The translations under genes and the position numbers were made by a program. A stretch of DNA of 64,000 nt, taken from positions 372,001 through 436,000 of the forward strand of contig RSEE01000051.1 of the NCBI GenBank assembly GCA_003971905.1, written 5' to 3'. The stretch comes from Moniliella sp. 'wahieum'. Taxonomy: Eukaryota. Positions 11,623 through 24,708 of this stretch are shown one piece after another (positions within the stretch are counted from its first letter, which is position 1; every line of letters begins with the position of its first letter). Under the pieces are notes generated by a model. The model made no database searches. It was not told where the DNA came from and was given only the letters and a program-made list of their open reading frames with translations.

Positions 11623-14600
11623 ATGCCGAGTGCTCCCAGCGGTATAAGTGGCGATCGCTTGTCGCCTGCCACCCCCTCCCCGCTGTCCTGTCGGAAGCCG
11701 AGGGAAACGCAGCTGTGATTCTCGACCGTGTATGTCCTGTGCCGCTCTCTCATTCTCCTCCCTGCGCTTGCCGATAGGCACCACTCGCTGACGTCTTCCA
11801 TTCTTCCCCACAGGCCGCGCTTGCCAAAGCACTCGAGACCGAACAGGGGGACATCTTTGTTCTCCAGTGGCTCTCCACCCTCGAACGCACGCTCTCGACA
11901 TCTTCTCGAGTACGTGCCACACCCTCTTTCCGCGTGTTCCCTACTGACACTTGGCCTTGCACCCACCAGGAGTTTGTTGAGAAGCACCAGGCCGACTTGG
12001 AAAAAGTGCTTCTCTCCCTGTCTCTCCCCTCGTCGGTGCAGCCGCCGCGGCAAACCTTCAAGGGATCTGCTCCGGTCACGGGCATTGCCAATGCCGTCTT
12101 TGAAGTAACTGCCCTCGATGCTCCCAAACCAGGCCGGCCTGAGCGCCATCTGCTTGCACGCAACTTTATCCTTCTGTTTGGCGCTGGAGAGTCCCGGTCG
12201 CTCTTTGACATCATGGCAGCTCTCCTCCGTGCCGCGTCGGAGGACCCTTCCAAATTTGTCTCTGGTCCAAACCAGGGGTCGGTATACAAGGGCGCGTTCG
12301 AAAAGATGGGTCGTGCTGCCGCCTTCTACATTCTCGGAGAGCTCTTCCTTGCCCTGGGTCACAATGTGATGAGCTTATTCAATGAGATTGTCTCGGTGGC
12401 TCAAGCTGTCGCCAAGCACACTGCCCACCCCACCATCCTGCGGTACCAAGCCCTCCTCTGTCTTCACAAACTCTTGCTCAAAACTGCGAGCAACATTGGT
12501 GATGCGCTGGGCAAGGAACTGCTGCGCCACACCCGCCAAGGACTTTCCGACAAGGCAGGCCCGGTTGTTCGGGCCAATGCCGACTGTCTGACAGTCGTTG
12601 TGCGCAACACGAATCTCTTCAACTCTCGCAACGAAATCGAAACGGTTCTCACCGCCGCCCTCAAAGCATTGGAAACAGCTGATTACCCAACCAAACGATC
12701 TTTGGTTCAACTATCAGCGTCTCTGTTGGCCCGCACACAGCAAGAAGTCGTACCGGTTGCTGCACCCAAGAAGGTCAAGAAGAAGAAGGAAGGCAGCGGC
12801 GGTGCCTCCTCGGATACTGAAGACCTGGGTATCAGTGGAACGGGCGGTGCGTCCAATGATGGCCAATTCCGCAAGGTTATGGACCCTACTGCCATGCTGG
12901 AGCAAGTTGCAGGGGCCTTTTGGAGACCCACCTCCACTCGGGCGCTTCAGTGTTCCCTGCTGGATGTGTATGCCGCCTTGTTTACCGAGCTCGGCACTGA
13001 ATGGGTCAACGTCAACTACGAGCTGATCCTCGAGCATCTTCTGGAAGCGCTCCCTGCTCCGCTCAAGCTACCGCATCACGATCAGCAGGACGCGCAGTTT
13101 GTGCGGAGAGGAGTGGGCATTGTTCTGCGTCAATTGGTGGGCGAGCGGATGCTTGGGGAGCAAGGCCAAGTTGCTGCCATTACGACCATCTCCAACAAAT
13201 ATCTCACCAAGTACCCAGCGCTCACGCCTTCGGCGCGGGCACCAGATGAGTTGACGCTGGTGATGGGGCTGGAGGAGGTGGCCGGTCTGCTGGAGCAATT
13301 GGGGAATGCGTCAAGTCAAGTGTACGAAGTGCTTTACGACCCCGTCTTGCGCAACCTCAACCACCCATCCAATGCTGTGCAGGTGGCTGCCTCACGGGTA
13401 CTCCAGATCTACTGCGACGTGGCCCCGGGGTACCTCAAGCGGACGATCGAGCTCTGCACTGCAGGACAACCTCTCGCGCGACATCCACAACCTCATTGCC
13501 CACGCGCAGAATTCGCACTCGGTGCAAGTCATTGAACTCTCTCGCCGTGCTACAGGGCGTGCTCGCTCTTTGGCCGCGCTCGTCTCGCTCATCCCCAAGC
13601 GGCCGCTGTACATTGACGGTTCCAGGTTTCGGGCGAGTTGATTGCGATCGCGATCGATCGGCTCAAGCAGGCCGGCAATCACGACCTTCATGTATCGGCT
13701 GTCGAGATCCAGGTGGCCTGGTCATGCTGACAGGTCTGATGCGCTGGGACCGCAGTATGTCAGTGGGCACCTGGGCACGCTGCTGAGCCTATGGAAGAAC
13801 GCACTGCCCCAAACCACAACGCGTACCTTGCCTGCCGGGACTACCGCGGGGGGGAGTGCTGGTGCTCGATCCGAGGCCGAATGGGCTTTCCTATTGCACG
13901 TCAGAGTGCGCTCTGACGTGCATCTTGGCCTTTGTTTTGCACAACGGTCCGCTACTTACCTCCTCGGCTCGTTCGGATGTGCCTCGGAAAATTGTCCTCT
14001 TCTCAACAATATGCTCCAGTTCCTCGATGCTTTCCATGCCACCCATCCACACCTCATCAGTGAAGACTCAGGTGGTGCTTCAAGGGCAACAGAACACCAC
14101 CACCATCTACTCGACCGAGCCTTCTTTTCCCGTCGCCGTCTGTTTCAAATCTTTGCGTGCCTCACCGACGTTGGTCCGGCAGCTAGCGCCGCGCTTGAAG
14201 GGGTGGAGGTGGACTTGCTGATGCAGTGTGTCTCCGATCTGGCAGAGCCGAACAAGTACGTGGGGTCATCGGCCTTAGCTGCCATTGCGGCTGGTGCAGG
14301 CAACTTTACCTCAATCTGGGACGTTCACGATGGTTATGCCTTTGGCCTGACGAGTCTGGTGGACAGCTATGGCAACCTTGACTTTACTGGTCTGGCGCGA
14401 CTCTTTCCGTCAGGCAGCCCTGTGGCAGGTGAAGGGGAAAACATCTCAGTTGCAGGGTACAGCGGAGCAGGTCCCGAGCCTTCTAGTGGGCAGACGCGAC
14501 TGAATCGTACCTTGCTCGAGGACGAACTGGACCAGCTGCAATCAACCCATCTTCACGCCTATGAGAACGACCTTGCACATCTTGCGCTTTTCCCCCCTGT

Positions 14601-17600
14601 CCCTCACTTGCCTCGGGACAGTACTAGCGGCACCCAAAATACGGCTTCGCAGGCCATCCAGAGCTATGCGGCACTCAATGTTAGTGGTCTCTACTCTGCT
14701 ACTCCCGTCCCTGCCTTGACAGCCGTGGTGGACCTCGCCGTCGTCCTTTTTGCCCGATCTTTGCCACCCAGAGCGCCAGCGTGCAACAAATGGCGATCGA
14801 ACGGCTTCTGAGCCACGTTCTGTCCGTCAAGCTGGACAAGAACCCGGGCCGTAGGTTGGCCGTACGTCTCAATGCTCTCGCTGCAGTGGGGGGAGCACTT
14901 CGCTCTATCGTTTCCTCCAGGGGGACGACCAGCTGCCAGCTTGCGGGCCGATCCACTCATGTCTCTTCTCCGCGACCTGCTTCGTACTTGCCTCTTGACT
15001 CCCGAGCGGCCATTGCAAAAAGTCACGGCGAGGCGTATGGGCGGTTGGCCGTCGCTGTTGGTGGCTTGGCTCACTTTAGTCCTCAAGTGCAGTTTCTGGT
15101 GGACCAAGTGATTAGCAATCGGGACCCGGCGGTGCGGGCAGGGTGTGCATTGGCCTTTGGACAGATTTATTCCGGCTTGGGCGCCTTGAATGCAAACCCG
15201 GTGATGAAGACGGTGGTGAACATGCTGATGAGCTTGGCAGCCGACCCACACCCTGTCGTGCATTACCATGCTCTTACGTCCCTCCGCATGGTGATCGAGA
15301 ACGCCAGCTTGAGCTACACTCCGTATGTGGCTTCGACACTGGGCATGCTTGCGCGGCTGTACATGCAGGACACGCATGAGGCCGAAGGCGGAAGTGTGGG
15401 AAGCGTCAATTTGCGCGGCAACTACCCGCTCAAGAGGCCATGGTGCAAATCATCAACACGCTCGTCGGGACCTTAGGGCCCGAGTTGGCAGACAGCCCTC
15501 GGATTCGCGAATTGGTCTTAATTCTTTTGCATGAGTTGGCGGCCGACCCACAGGGAGAGCGGCACACTGACGCTTCGACCGCGGTCGAGGTAACGCGTGC
15601 GTACGCTCACTTTAATCTGTTTGCCCCGGCCTTCATTGATCAGGCGGATTGGATCCGGGTGCTACGGACACACCTTACGGCGCTTAGTGCGCCCCGGGCG
15701 CTCAAGGTTGCGGCTATGACGGCTCTGTATCAACTGGTGCAGAAGGATGCTCTTGTGGTGTCCAAGTCGGTGGAGACCGGTTGGCCGAAGACTTTTTCTC
15801 CCAGTTAGACTTTGATCCTGGCTTGGACGGAGTGCGAGAGGTGACGCGCAATTGGTTGCGGCAGACGGCTCCGGTCAATCCGCGTGCATGGGTTGATCTG
15901 TGCCAGCGCATCATCTCGGGCGCCCAAGTCGGCTACGGAACCTGTTTGGCGAGCGGGAAGCCCAAGGCATCCGAGTTGGCCGCCGTCGAGCTACAAGATG
16001 ATGAAGTAGCCAGTCTGGGAATCGAGTCTTCCACCTCGTTTGATACGCAGAACTGCCGCTGGCGGACCAAGTTGTTTGCCCTCGAGTGTGTGCACGATGT
16101 GTTTTCTGTTCTCCGTTCGACTGGCCGTCTCGAACACTTTGCTACCCCTCCCCGTCTAGCCAGCACGGCGCGGCCACCGTGCGTAGCAGTTCTTACTCTC
16201 GAGCCGGATCGGGGACCTGATCAAGATGGCGTTCAGTGCTTCGACCGACGGCAACACGGGCATTCGTCTGGCCGGTCTCATTGTCTTGAGCGACGTGATT
16301 GACAATTTCAAGGACACGCCCGATCCCGACTTTGACGAGTCGTTTGCGACTCCCGGCGAGGAGGGGAATGATAAGATGGTCATCTTGGAGCAACATCAAG
16401 CGCCTATTTCCGCTGCTCTTATGCCGGCATTTGCCGCGCCCCTGGCGCAGCGGCGCCATCACCTTCACCTGAGGTGGTTGCTTCGGCCATCCAGGTGTGC
16501 TACGTACGTGGGCTCGGGCATCGTGCGCGAGGTAGGACAGATGGGACGGATTCTCAAGCAGCTGGTTGCTTCGTTGCACGATGTATCGGATTCGAATAAG
16601 GATTCGAGCGAAGAGGCGGAGACGATGGATCAGGGTGCATGGCAGCTTCCCAGCCCGTCAAGGCCACCGCGTTTGCCCCTAACGCTCATGCCATGTTGAA
16701 GATTGCCGTGCTGAAAGCGTGGGCCCAGCTCTACCTCGCCAGCCAACGGCAAGTCTATTTGGCTCAATTGTGCGCCCCCAGCTGGAACCCGTTTTGGTTC
16801 CCCATTGGGTCGCTGTCTTGACTGAGTATGCCCATTTGCGCAACACGAGCGAGGACGAGTTGGCGTGGGAGCAGCCGTTGCAGGTCAAGCCGGTCGGATC
16901 AGGGAGCAAGTCGCCGGTCAAACAAGATACCTTGGACCGGGTCGTAATGCAGCCTTTGTACCAAGGCGCGTGGGCCGTACTACTTGAAGCGATGGCGTGC
17001 TTGATGCATTCCGACACGGATCGCATGGTGCTGGACAAGGTCTTCCTCGACCAGAAGAACAAGGACAAGGCGACCATTTTTTCTGGCCCCTGTATGGATT
17101 GGCATTTGAAGTGCTCGCTGCACCGCAGACGGGGCAGGATGTGGTACGGGAGGCCAAGGAGAAACAAGTGGCGCTCCATATGTTGCAACAGCTTACCCTC
17201 CACCACCGTTGGTCGGGAGCTTCGTTGACCGGCGATGCACGGGTGCTGCAAGAGCTCGTTCAGCTTATTCTCCGTATGGCTGCAACCGAGACTAGTGTGA
17301 CAGTACAGAATTTGGTGCTGGAGTTGCTGGCTTGTGCTTGGGTTTGTTTGGCCCGCCGCCTGGAGCTGGGGCTGAGGGATCGGACGCTGTGTCGGAAGCC
17401 AATAAGGATATGGTTACGGATGCTGCCTTGCGCGCTTCCATCCTGGCGATCCAGAACGCTCGCACTCGGTTTGGAGCTGGGCCAGTCGACGAACAAGCTA
17501 CCTTGATCAACCGTGCGTACCGAGTGGCGCTGCGATTGTGCGCCTCACGTCCAACTTGGCCGACAAGGCCAACTTGCTCGCCCTTCTGCTTCATCTCTAC

Positions 17601-18698
17601 TCGGAGCAACTGAGAGACGAAACAACCGTGACGGATACCATCCCCTCTACCTTACCTTCACTCAAGCTAATCTGCGAGGCGATCCCTTCGTCGCTCGACA
17701 TTGGTTCTGGACCACGGGAGACGATTCAACTAGCCTTGCATGGGTTTACCTCGCAGTGCGTGACGACACTTAGTGCGATGCGCTCTCGCCAGCCCGTCGT
17801 GACCACCTTGTTGGTTCGTGGCAACTTTTTGGCCATGACTGCTTCTAACTTCGACCGATCCTTCTTGGTCGTTGGGCCGGACGGTACTGTGAAGAATTTT
17901 GGTACGAGCTATTTTACCGCTTTGTCGCCGCACCTGCCACTGGGACCCTGCCACCTTCCGCAACAGACGAAGACGCTCGGCGCACCAAATGGCCTTGGCT
18001 GGACGATCGTGTATCTTGTCCTTGGTCAAAGCTACCTCTGCCGGTCCACCAGCTCCACGGCGGTGCGGTACTGCGTAAGCCACCTGTTAGCTGCTATGTC
18101 GGCCACATTGCTTCTCAGCCCCTGCCTTGGCTCGCTTCCGCCTCGCTGCTCGCTCGGACGCGACGGCCGAGGTGGAAAAAACGTTGGTGGTGGTAGGAGA
18201 AGAAATACAGATGCTCACTGTCCCGCTGGACGCTTGGCCCTCCGACACGCGTACGTATCCTACCCTACCCTATCCTCCTACCGTATCCTATCCTACGCCC
18301 TCGGTCGTACCCTCCGATCCAGGTGCAGTGCTATTGGTATTGGTTCATTGGTTCTAACGTGACGTGACTTTACGACTTACTCTTCAGACGAAGCGCTGTT
18401 GGCCAGCCTGGTACCGGCCTTACTGGCTCTGCTGGATGCAGACAGCCACACTACTTCCCCCGGTACGAGTGCAGGTTACCGTCTAGCCAGTCGGCACCTC
18501 GTTGCGCTGGTCAAGGCGCATCCGGCCGGGTTCAAAGCGGTGGCCGATCAGTTGGGTACCGAGCAGCGCACTCAATTGCAGTCGGCGTTGCGGGACGCGT
18601 TGGGTGCGGCGGCAGCTGGGCCGACGACACAGCAAACGGGTCAAGTGCCACCGCCGCGCCGAGGCGGAGGGATCTCCCTCCGTTCGTTTGGTAGGTGA
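11623..18698 (+). CDS. LAA1: HEAT-repeat AP-1 accessory protein (Laa1/HEATR5 family); introns ~11730-11813 and ~18251-18387; many frameshifts
   Basis: About 7 kb of helical-repeat ORF pieces, including LFGAGESRSLFD, RAGCALAFGQIY, ADPHPVVHYHAL, CRWRTKLFALECVH, LIKMAFSAST..DPDFDE..LEQHQAPISAALMPAF, recognised as HEATR5/Laa1 blocks. Confidence 0.85.
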
Positions 18699-19354
18699 GG
18701 TGAGGCCGAGGGCGAGAGGGCGAAGAAATGGGGTAGAAAGAAGCTCGTACTCCCCCCACGACACTGCGCAGACTGCCAAAGCAACGGAGGGGCCTTGGTC
18801 GTCGTCCCTTGAAAACTCTATCCTTGCAACTAGAATATCAGAATGCCGTAGTGCTGGCTACGAATAAGCTAAGCTAGGTCGATGTCCTACTTGGAAAATT
18901 GTGCAAAGCCAGGGTAGATAGTTCCCAGCCTACCTCCTCCGCTTGCGTAAGAGAGAAGGGCAGGGTGCCCCTTTCCACATCGAACACAAGTGGAATAGAG
19001 CGGCCGACGGGGGGATACAAAGCAAAGCAAGCGAAAAAAGAAGGACAGAAATAAAGAGCACAGACAAAAGAACAGAAAGAAACGGTACCGAGGGGTGGGC
19101 AGGACAGAAAGAGAGACGAGCGCGACCAAGGGGGGGGGGGGGGGGACCTCAATAACAGGAACCGAAGTGGGAAAGGAAAAAAAGGAGAATCTCGGATTTA
19201 CACACTGTCACCCAGCACAATTCACTGAGGTGAAGAGGCAGGCGCGGTGGGTGGAGGGGGGGGGGACACAAAGAAGAGCAGGTCGGTCCCAAAACCAACA
19301 ACCAACAACCAAAACCACAGATGGTTTTACTCGGCGTGGGGCGCAGCGCTGCTC

Positions 19355-21013
19355 TCAGCGTGAGGCCTGTTCCGCCTTCTTCTCCAAAGCGTACCCATTG
19401 TGACCAATTTGGACGCCCGAGCCCTCGGGTGCACCCGAGTATTCCGGCACCGTCTCGGCAGGAGCAGGGGGTACCAGTCTGAGCAGACTCGTAAGCGTGC
19501 TCCTCTTTCCTCCCTTCTTCTTCCCCTGCTTCGGGATCCTCCTCCTTCTTCTTCCTCTTCCTCGATCTCCTCCTCGATCGAAGACCCTTCGTCCTCCTCT
19601 TCCTCTTCCTCCTCGTCTCGGAACGGTATCCGACGGCACGCACCGCGGCGGGCACAGGGCCCGATCGGTCCATCTGCTCCGACGTAGTGAGATACACCTT
19701 GGACAACTGTTTAATGTCGTTCCACCACTCCATCATCTCGTTATGGCTACGAGCGCGGAAGGTGTAGGCCTGTTCACCACGGAGACTCGCCAACGCATTG
19801 TCCGACTTGGCCGCGGTAATGTGGAATTTGTGGCTCTTGGATGCCATGTCGAAGGCGCACCGAGCGTGCACTCGGGCAGGAAGAGCGACAGGACAGGGTG
19901 GGGTGACGGTGCGGGTCGGACGAAGGGTGTTCGTGGAGGTAGCCAGCAGGCGTGAGAACATAGAATGATTCCTTGTACGTCTTGGTGAAGCGCTTCTTGC
20001 GCTCGAGAATGCCATGGTGGACCGGGATGACCGACGGGTCGTCCTTGCCCGGGTAATCGATGGTTTCCGGGTTGCGCAACGGCGTGTCCGGGTCCAGTAG
20101 GTGGTCCGACCGCGCAGCAAATGCAATCCATTCCGCGTTGGGCTGGAGACCGCGCATTGCACGCCGAGCGCGACAGCCACGTGTCCTGCACCTGCGCCGA
20201 CATGCGACCTGACCATTCGTCAAACGTCTGCCAAGCCGACTGGATCGAGCGCACAATCCTCCTCAAAGTGCGCCGAGTTCTGCTGCATAATGATGATGGA
20301 CTTTTGCAGTGCGTTCTCCTCGTTCACCTGGCGCTGCAGTTGGCGGAACACAGTGGCATTCTGCGCCCACGGATCCTCGCGCGCCGTCACGCTCATGGGG
20401 GCATTCTTGAGGAGCGTAATTGACTTGGCCAAGTCCGTAATGAGCTTGGTTGACATTTCACGTTCCTTGGCCACACTGTTGGCCAGCTTGCCCGTGTCTT
20501 GTTGGACGTTGCGAATGGGCCTTGATCTCGGTCCGCAACTTCTGCAAGTGCTGGACAATGGATCCCTCAACGGTCTTTCCCAATTGGCGTGGTGATCAGC
20601 AATGACACGTGTCTTGTCGCGGATGGCATAGTACACATCTTGGATTCCATCCTCGCCCAGGAACTGGTTGCCCTCCCGGAACGGCACTTGGATGACACCG
20701 CCCAGCTTGGTCAGCTCGCGAGCAGTGTTGTACTCAATGTCGGCGATGCCCTCAAAGTAGGCAATGAGCTGCTTGGTGATGTTCTTCCAACCTGCAGCGG
20801 GTCAGCGGGGAAGGGGTTAGCCAGTGAGCACGGATAGGATTGAAACGGCGCAGGGAGGGAACGCACCATTGAAGCGTTCGATCAAAATGTCGACGGACGC
20901 AGCTCGTTGGGGCCGGTGTTCTTCTTGATCAGCGACGCATTGCGGGAGGCAATGGTGCTCTTGCGGGAGACGGTAGTGGAGCGGGAGATGGACTGGGCGT
21001 CGTACTGCGACAT
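19355..21013 (-). CDS. Slm1/Slm2-like BAR + PH domain phosphoinositide-binding protein; intron 20792-20866
   Basis: ILIERFNGWKNITKQLIAYFEGIADIE...QVPFREGNQFLGEDGIQD (BAR). GILERKKRFTKTYKESFYVLTPAGYLHE...YTFRARSHNEMMEWWNDIK (PH). Acidic tail. Confidence 0.85.
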
Positions 21014-22841
21014 GGCCGGCAAATACCAGAGGAAGTGGTGGGGGGGAGACAAGAAGCAGGGCCAGGGGCGCTGGCTTGACTTTGGTTGCGCTGAGCGTTT
21101 GGGCGTTTGGGCATTTGGCCTGTGCGATTTTGATCAGCACTGCAAAGCCGATCCGGCGGCCTGCCGCACAGCGCCTGTGTGCCGAGCCCCGCACGCTACG
21201 AGTGTCCAGGCGTGCCGTTTAACCTTGGGGGGGCGGCAGGGGGCCAGTGCGGGGATGCGGTCCGCGGAGGCCCAGCGAGGCTGTCGCACGCTGTCGCAGC
21301 TGCGCCCGGGCTGGTGATGTCATCGCACAGCCTTCGCGGGGGCGCAGCCACTGGCGCTGTGCCCGTTGCAGCGCATCCCTCGCCCATGACGTCGTATCTG
21401 CACGGCCGTTCCGTGCGGCTGCGTTGGTATGACGCATCGGAGGCCGCCTGTCCGCCTCAGACCTCAGATCGACCATCTGTTCACGATAGTCGATAGACCA
21501 GCGACGACTGCTGGTATAACATGTGCCCGCACCCATCACCTTCAGCGACAAGTCACTAGCGTCACCGATTCGCCTGTCATCATGTCATCGTCCCCCCTGC
21601 ACCACGCCTGCCCCTTCCCTTGCCAATTGTTGTGCCCCCACGGCTCGGATCGTCGAAAACCGACTGATGATCTCGATGATCGATCGCCGTCAGGCAGGCC
21701 AGGCATTCTCTCATCGCCATCGGCATCGTCGATCATCGGATCACACCTAGGCTCCAAAACATAACTTAGCGTACCAACGGGTTTACCAAAAAAAAGGTCA
21801 ACTGCTGTTGGTCACAAGCAACGTAAGGCCTAAGGGATGGATTATCGATCCAGCCGCGCCCGAGACACGATGAGAAGACATGCCTTATTTTTGACAGCAA
21901 TTGCTTTACGGAAAGGTACCCATGCAAAAGGGGGACATGGGAACATCCGTGTCCATTGCACCTTCAAGAGCGCCATATATATCCCCATGCACCACCTCAG
22001 GACGAAAGATCTTCCTTCCTACGGCCAAAGGGGATCATAAGAGTTTCTTGCGTTTGCAACAGTGTGAAAGGGAAGAAGGTAGCTAGCGGTGTTGTCGATA
22101 AGTAATGGATCTGGTATTGAGGGAGCTATATGGAGAGGTATAGACCCGTGGACTGTGGGAGGTTCAGAAGCCGGAGGAGAGGCTCGTAGAAGAAGAGTCC
22201 GGGAAGCGCCAACCCGATCCATGGTATATGTGTGACGAATAGGCCAATGGACTCTGACCACTAGTGGTCAAAACATAGCTGGGTTCCATGGTGTGCTATG
22301 TTGAGTCCCACAAGCGAATGCAAATGTATTAAGGAATGGACATATTAAGAAGCACTTTGCTATACTCTCACCAGGCGTTTGCCGGCAGCTGGCGCCCATG
22401 GAATCCGAAAAAACCAATGGTGTCTGTAACAGATGAGTATCCTCGGCCCCCTCTAGTCCGTTTCCAAAGTCTGGTGTATCGCGAGTAGATATGCGGAAGA
22501 GCCTGTGCTGGCCGTGGGCATGTGAGCAAGGTGATCCCCATCCCAGTTGGGCTGCCGCGATGAATGCGAATACTGCATCGAAAGAACAGCGCTGAGGAGT
22601 GAACAATTGAAACGAGTTGGGGCCCGCCGTCTTCGGGGCACTGGGGCAGAGGAGCAGGCAGGGCAGCGTGTTCCAGCACCTTCCGAACACCTGCCACGCC
22701 ACCTCCGACATGCAACATTCAATCTTCAATCTGCAACCTTCACGCCCTCCCCGCGCAGAGGCACACGGCAGGTGCTGAGGGACCCAGCATGCATCCGTCC
22801 TGCCTTCTCGCCCGACCGACACCCAGCCAGCCACCACCACC

Positions 22842-23972
22842 ATGTCCGCCTCTGACGCTGCTGCCACGCCCACCCCCCCCGCCAACGCCGACCGCTCCCC
22901 CGCCGAAGTGGAGGAACTGGCCACGGTACGTGATGCATGGTTCCCGTGCCTGCCCCCCCAGAATACGCCTGCTGCAGCTCTGACATCTCTGACACCTGCC
23001 CGTTGCACAGAAAGTCTTTGTCCGCCCGCTCGCCGCTTCCTTGACTGATGACGACATCAAGGCCCTCTTCCCCGACCAGACCGTGTATGTCCTTTTTGTT
23101 TCAGCCCTCAGGGCCTTGCATTTGCCCCCCCTCCCCCCTCTGAGCACCAGAGTACTGACTTCAATCTCCAGGACTGAGGTACACGTCATGCGCCGGGGCT
23201 CACGCCACCTTGGCTATGGCTTTGTCACCTTCGCTACGGAAGCCGATGCAGCGCGCGCGGTGGAGAAGTGGGCCCAGGATCCTTCCGGAGACGTGCGAGT
23301 GGAACGGCTGAAGCATACTGCGACCGAATCGGCTGCCTCGCGCAAAGCCCGCCCTGCACGTCAGCCCAAGAAAGTCAAAGCCAAGGCGACCCCGACCAAC
23401 GAGGCGAACGAGGCGAACGAGTCGGATGAGCCGAACGAATCGAAAGAACCCAAGGAGTCCAAGCAACCCAAGCAATCCAAGAAGACCAAGAAGGCAAAGA
23501 TCTCCAAAGCTGCTAAGGAGCCCAAGGCGACCGAGGCCGCTACCCCCCCGGCCCCGGCTTCCCCGTCTGAGACACTTGTCTTTGTGGCCAATTTGGACTG
23601 GGCAGTGGAGCCCAAGGAGCTGCAAGAGTTTTTCGAACAGGACCCGGAGCTCAAGGTGGAACAAGTGACGATTGCTAGTCGGACGGTACGGGTGCTCTCT
23701 GCGCCCGAATCTGAGGCACCGAACGGGTCTGAAGGGGAGGGAAAGAAGAAGCGCGTGCCGGTCCAGCGGAGCCGTGGCTACGCCTTTGTCCGTTTTGCTT
23801 CGCACGCTCAGCAGACCAAGGCGATTGAGCTGTTCGACGGCAAGGAGCTCCGTGGCCGCCCGGTGGTCCTGAAGGTGGCCTGGACAAGGAACGCCCCAAG
23901 GCTACCAAGCTGGCTAAACAGCCGAAGGTGACGGCAGAGCCGACGGAGGCAGAGGTCCCTGAGACGGCCTAA
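22842..23972 (+). CDS. RNA-binding protein with two RRM domains and a Lys/Glu-rich linker; introns 22926-23010, 23085-23171
   Basis: KVFV..LTDDDIKALF, RNP1 LGYGFVTFA, RNP2 LVFVANLDW, RNP1 RGYAFVRFA, FDGKELRGRPVVLKVA. Canonical splice signals. 3' end approximate. Confidence 0.85.
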
Positions 23973-24708
23973 TACTTAATTGGCATGTTTGTTTGTTTGC
24001 GTCTCCCTTTCCTGACAGGTCAGACTGCAAGGCAAACGCACGCATCCTTGGTTTGTGTCCGCCATGAATTCGAGTGTCTTCCTACACTGGTCCTGCCCTA
24101 CGAATCTTGTGGCTGCAGCAGCTTGGGCAGAATAGGTGGGGGGGATGGACGAAAGCAACGCCAAGTGGGGGGGGTGATAGCTCGGACCTGCATACGGCCA
24201 AGAGGCACCAGCGATGCTTGACAGCTCCGCACACCTACAATGGAAGCGCTTTCACACTGGGTGTGGCCACGCGGTGGTCGAGGAGTTCAGTGGGGGTGCT
24301 GTGCTCTAAGGGGGGGAGTACGGGTGCAGTCGCTTCCAGCCGCACCCTGGCGGAGGACAGCAACACTCGGCTGGTGCCGTGGCGCTGACATAACCACAGG
24401 TCTCCTGCAGGCGACGGACACTGCCGCGGGGGGGCTGCCCGGGAGGCAAGCGCTGTGGGGTGCTAGGGTTGTCTATGTTCTGACGAGGATTAAAATACCT
24501 CTGCTGTGCGTGGCGGGAGGCGATGTGTTCTTGCGTCTAAGCCGAAGCCGCCTGGGTGCTCTTTCCTCGTGCTCCTGGCGGTCTGCCGCTGCTCCTGCGT
24601 CCCCGCCGCACCCACTGCCCGCTGCCCACTGCCCCCGCTGCCCCCACCCGCGTACCCGCCACCCGCGTGCCCCGTGCCTTTGCCATGCGCGACACACCCG
24701 ATCTCGCC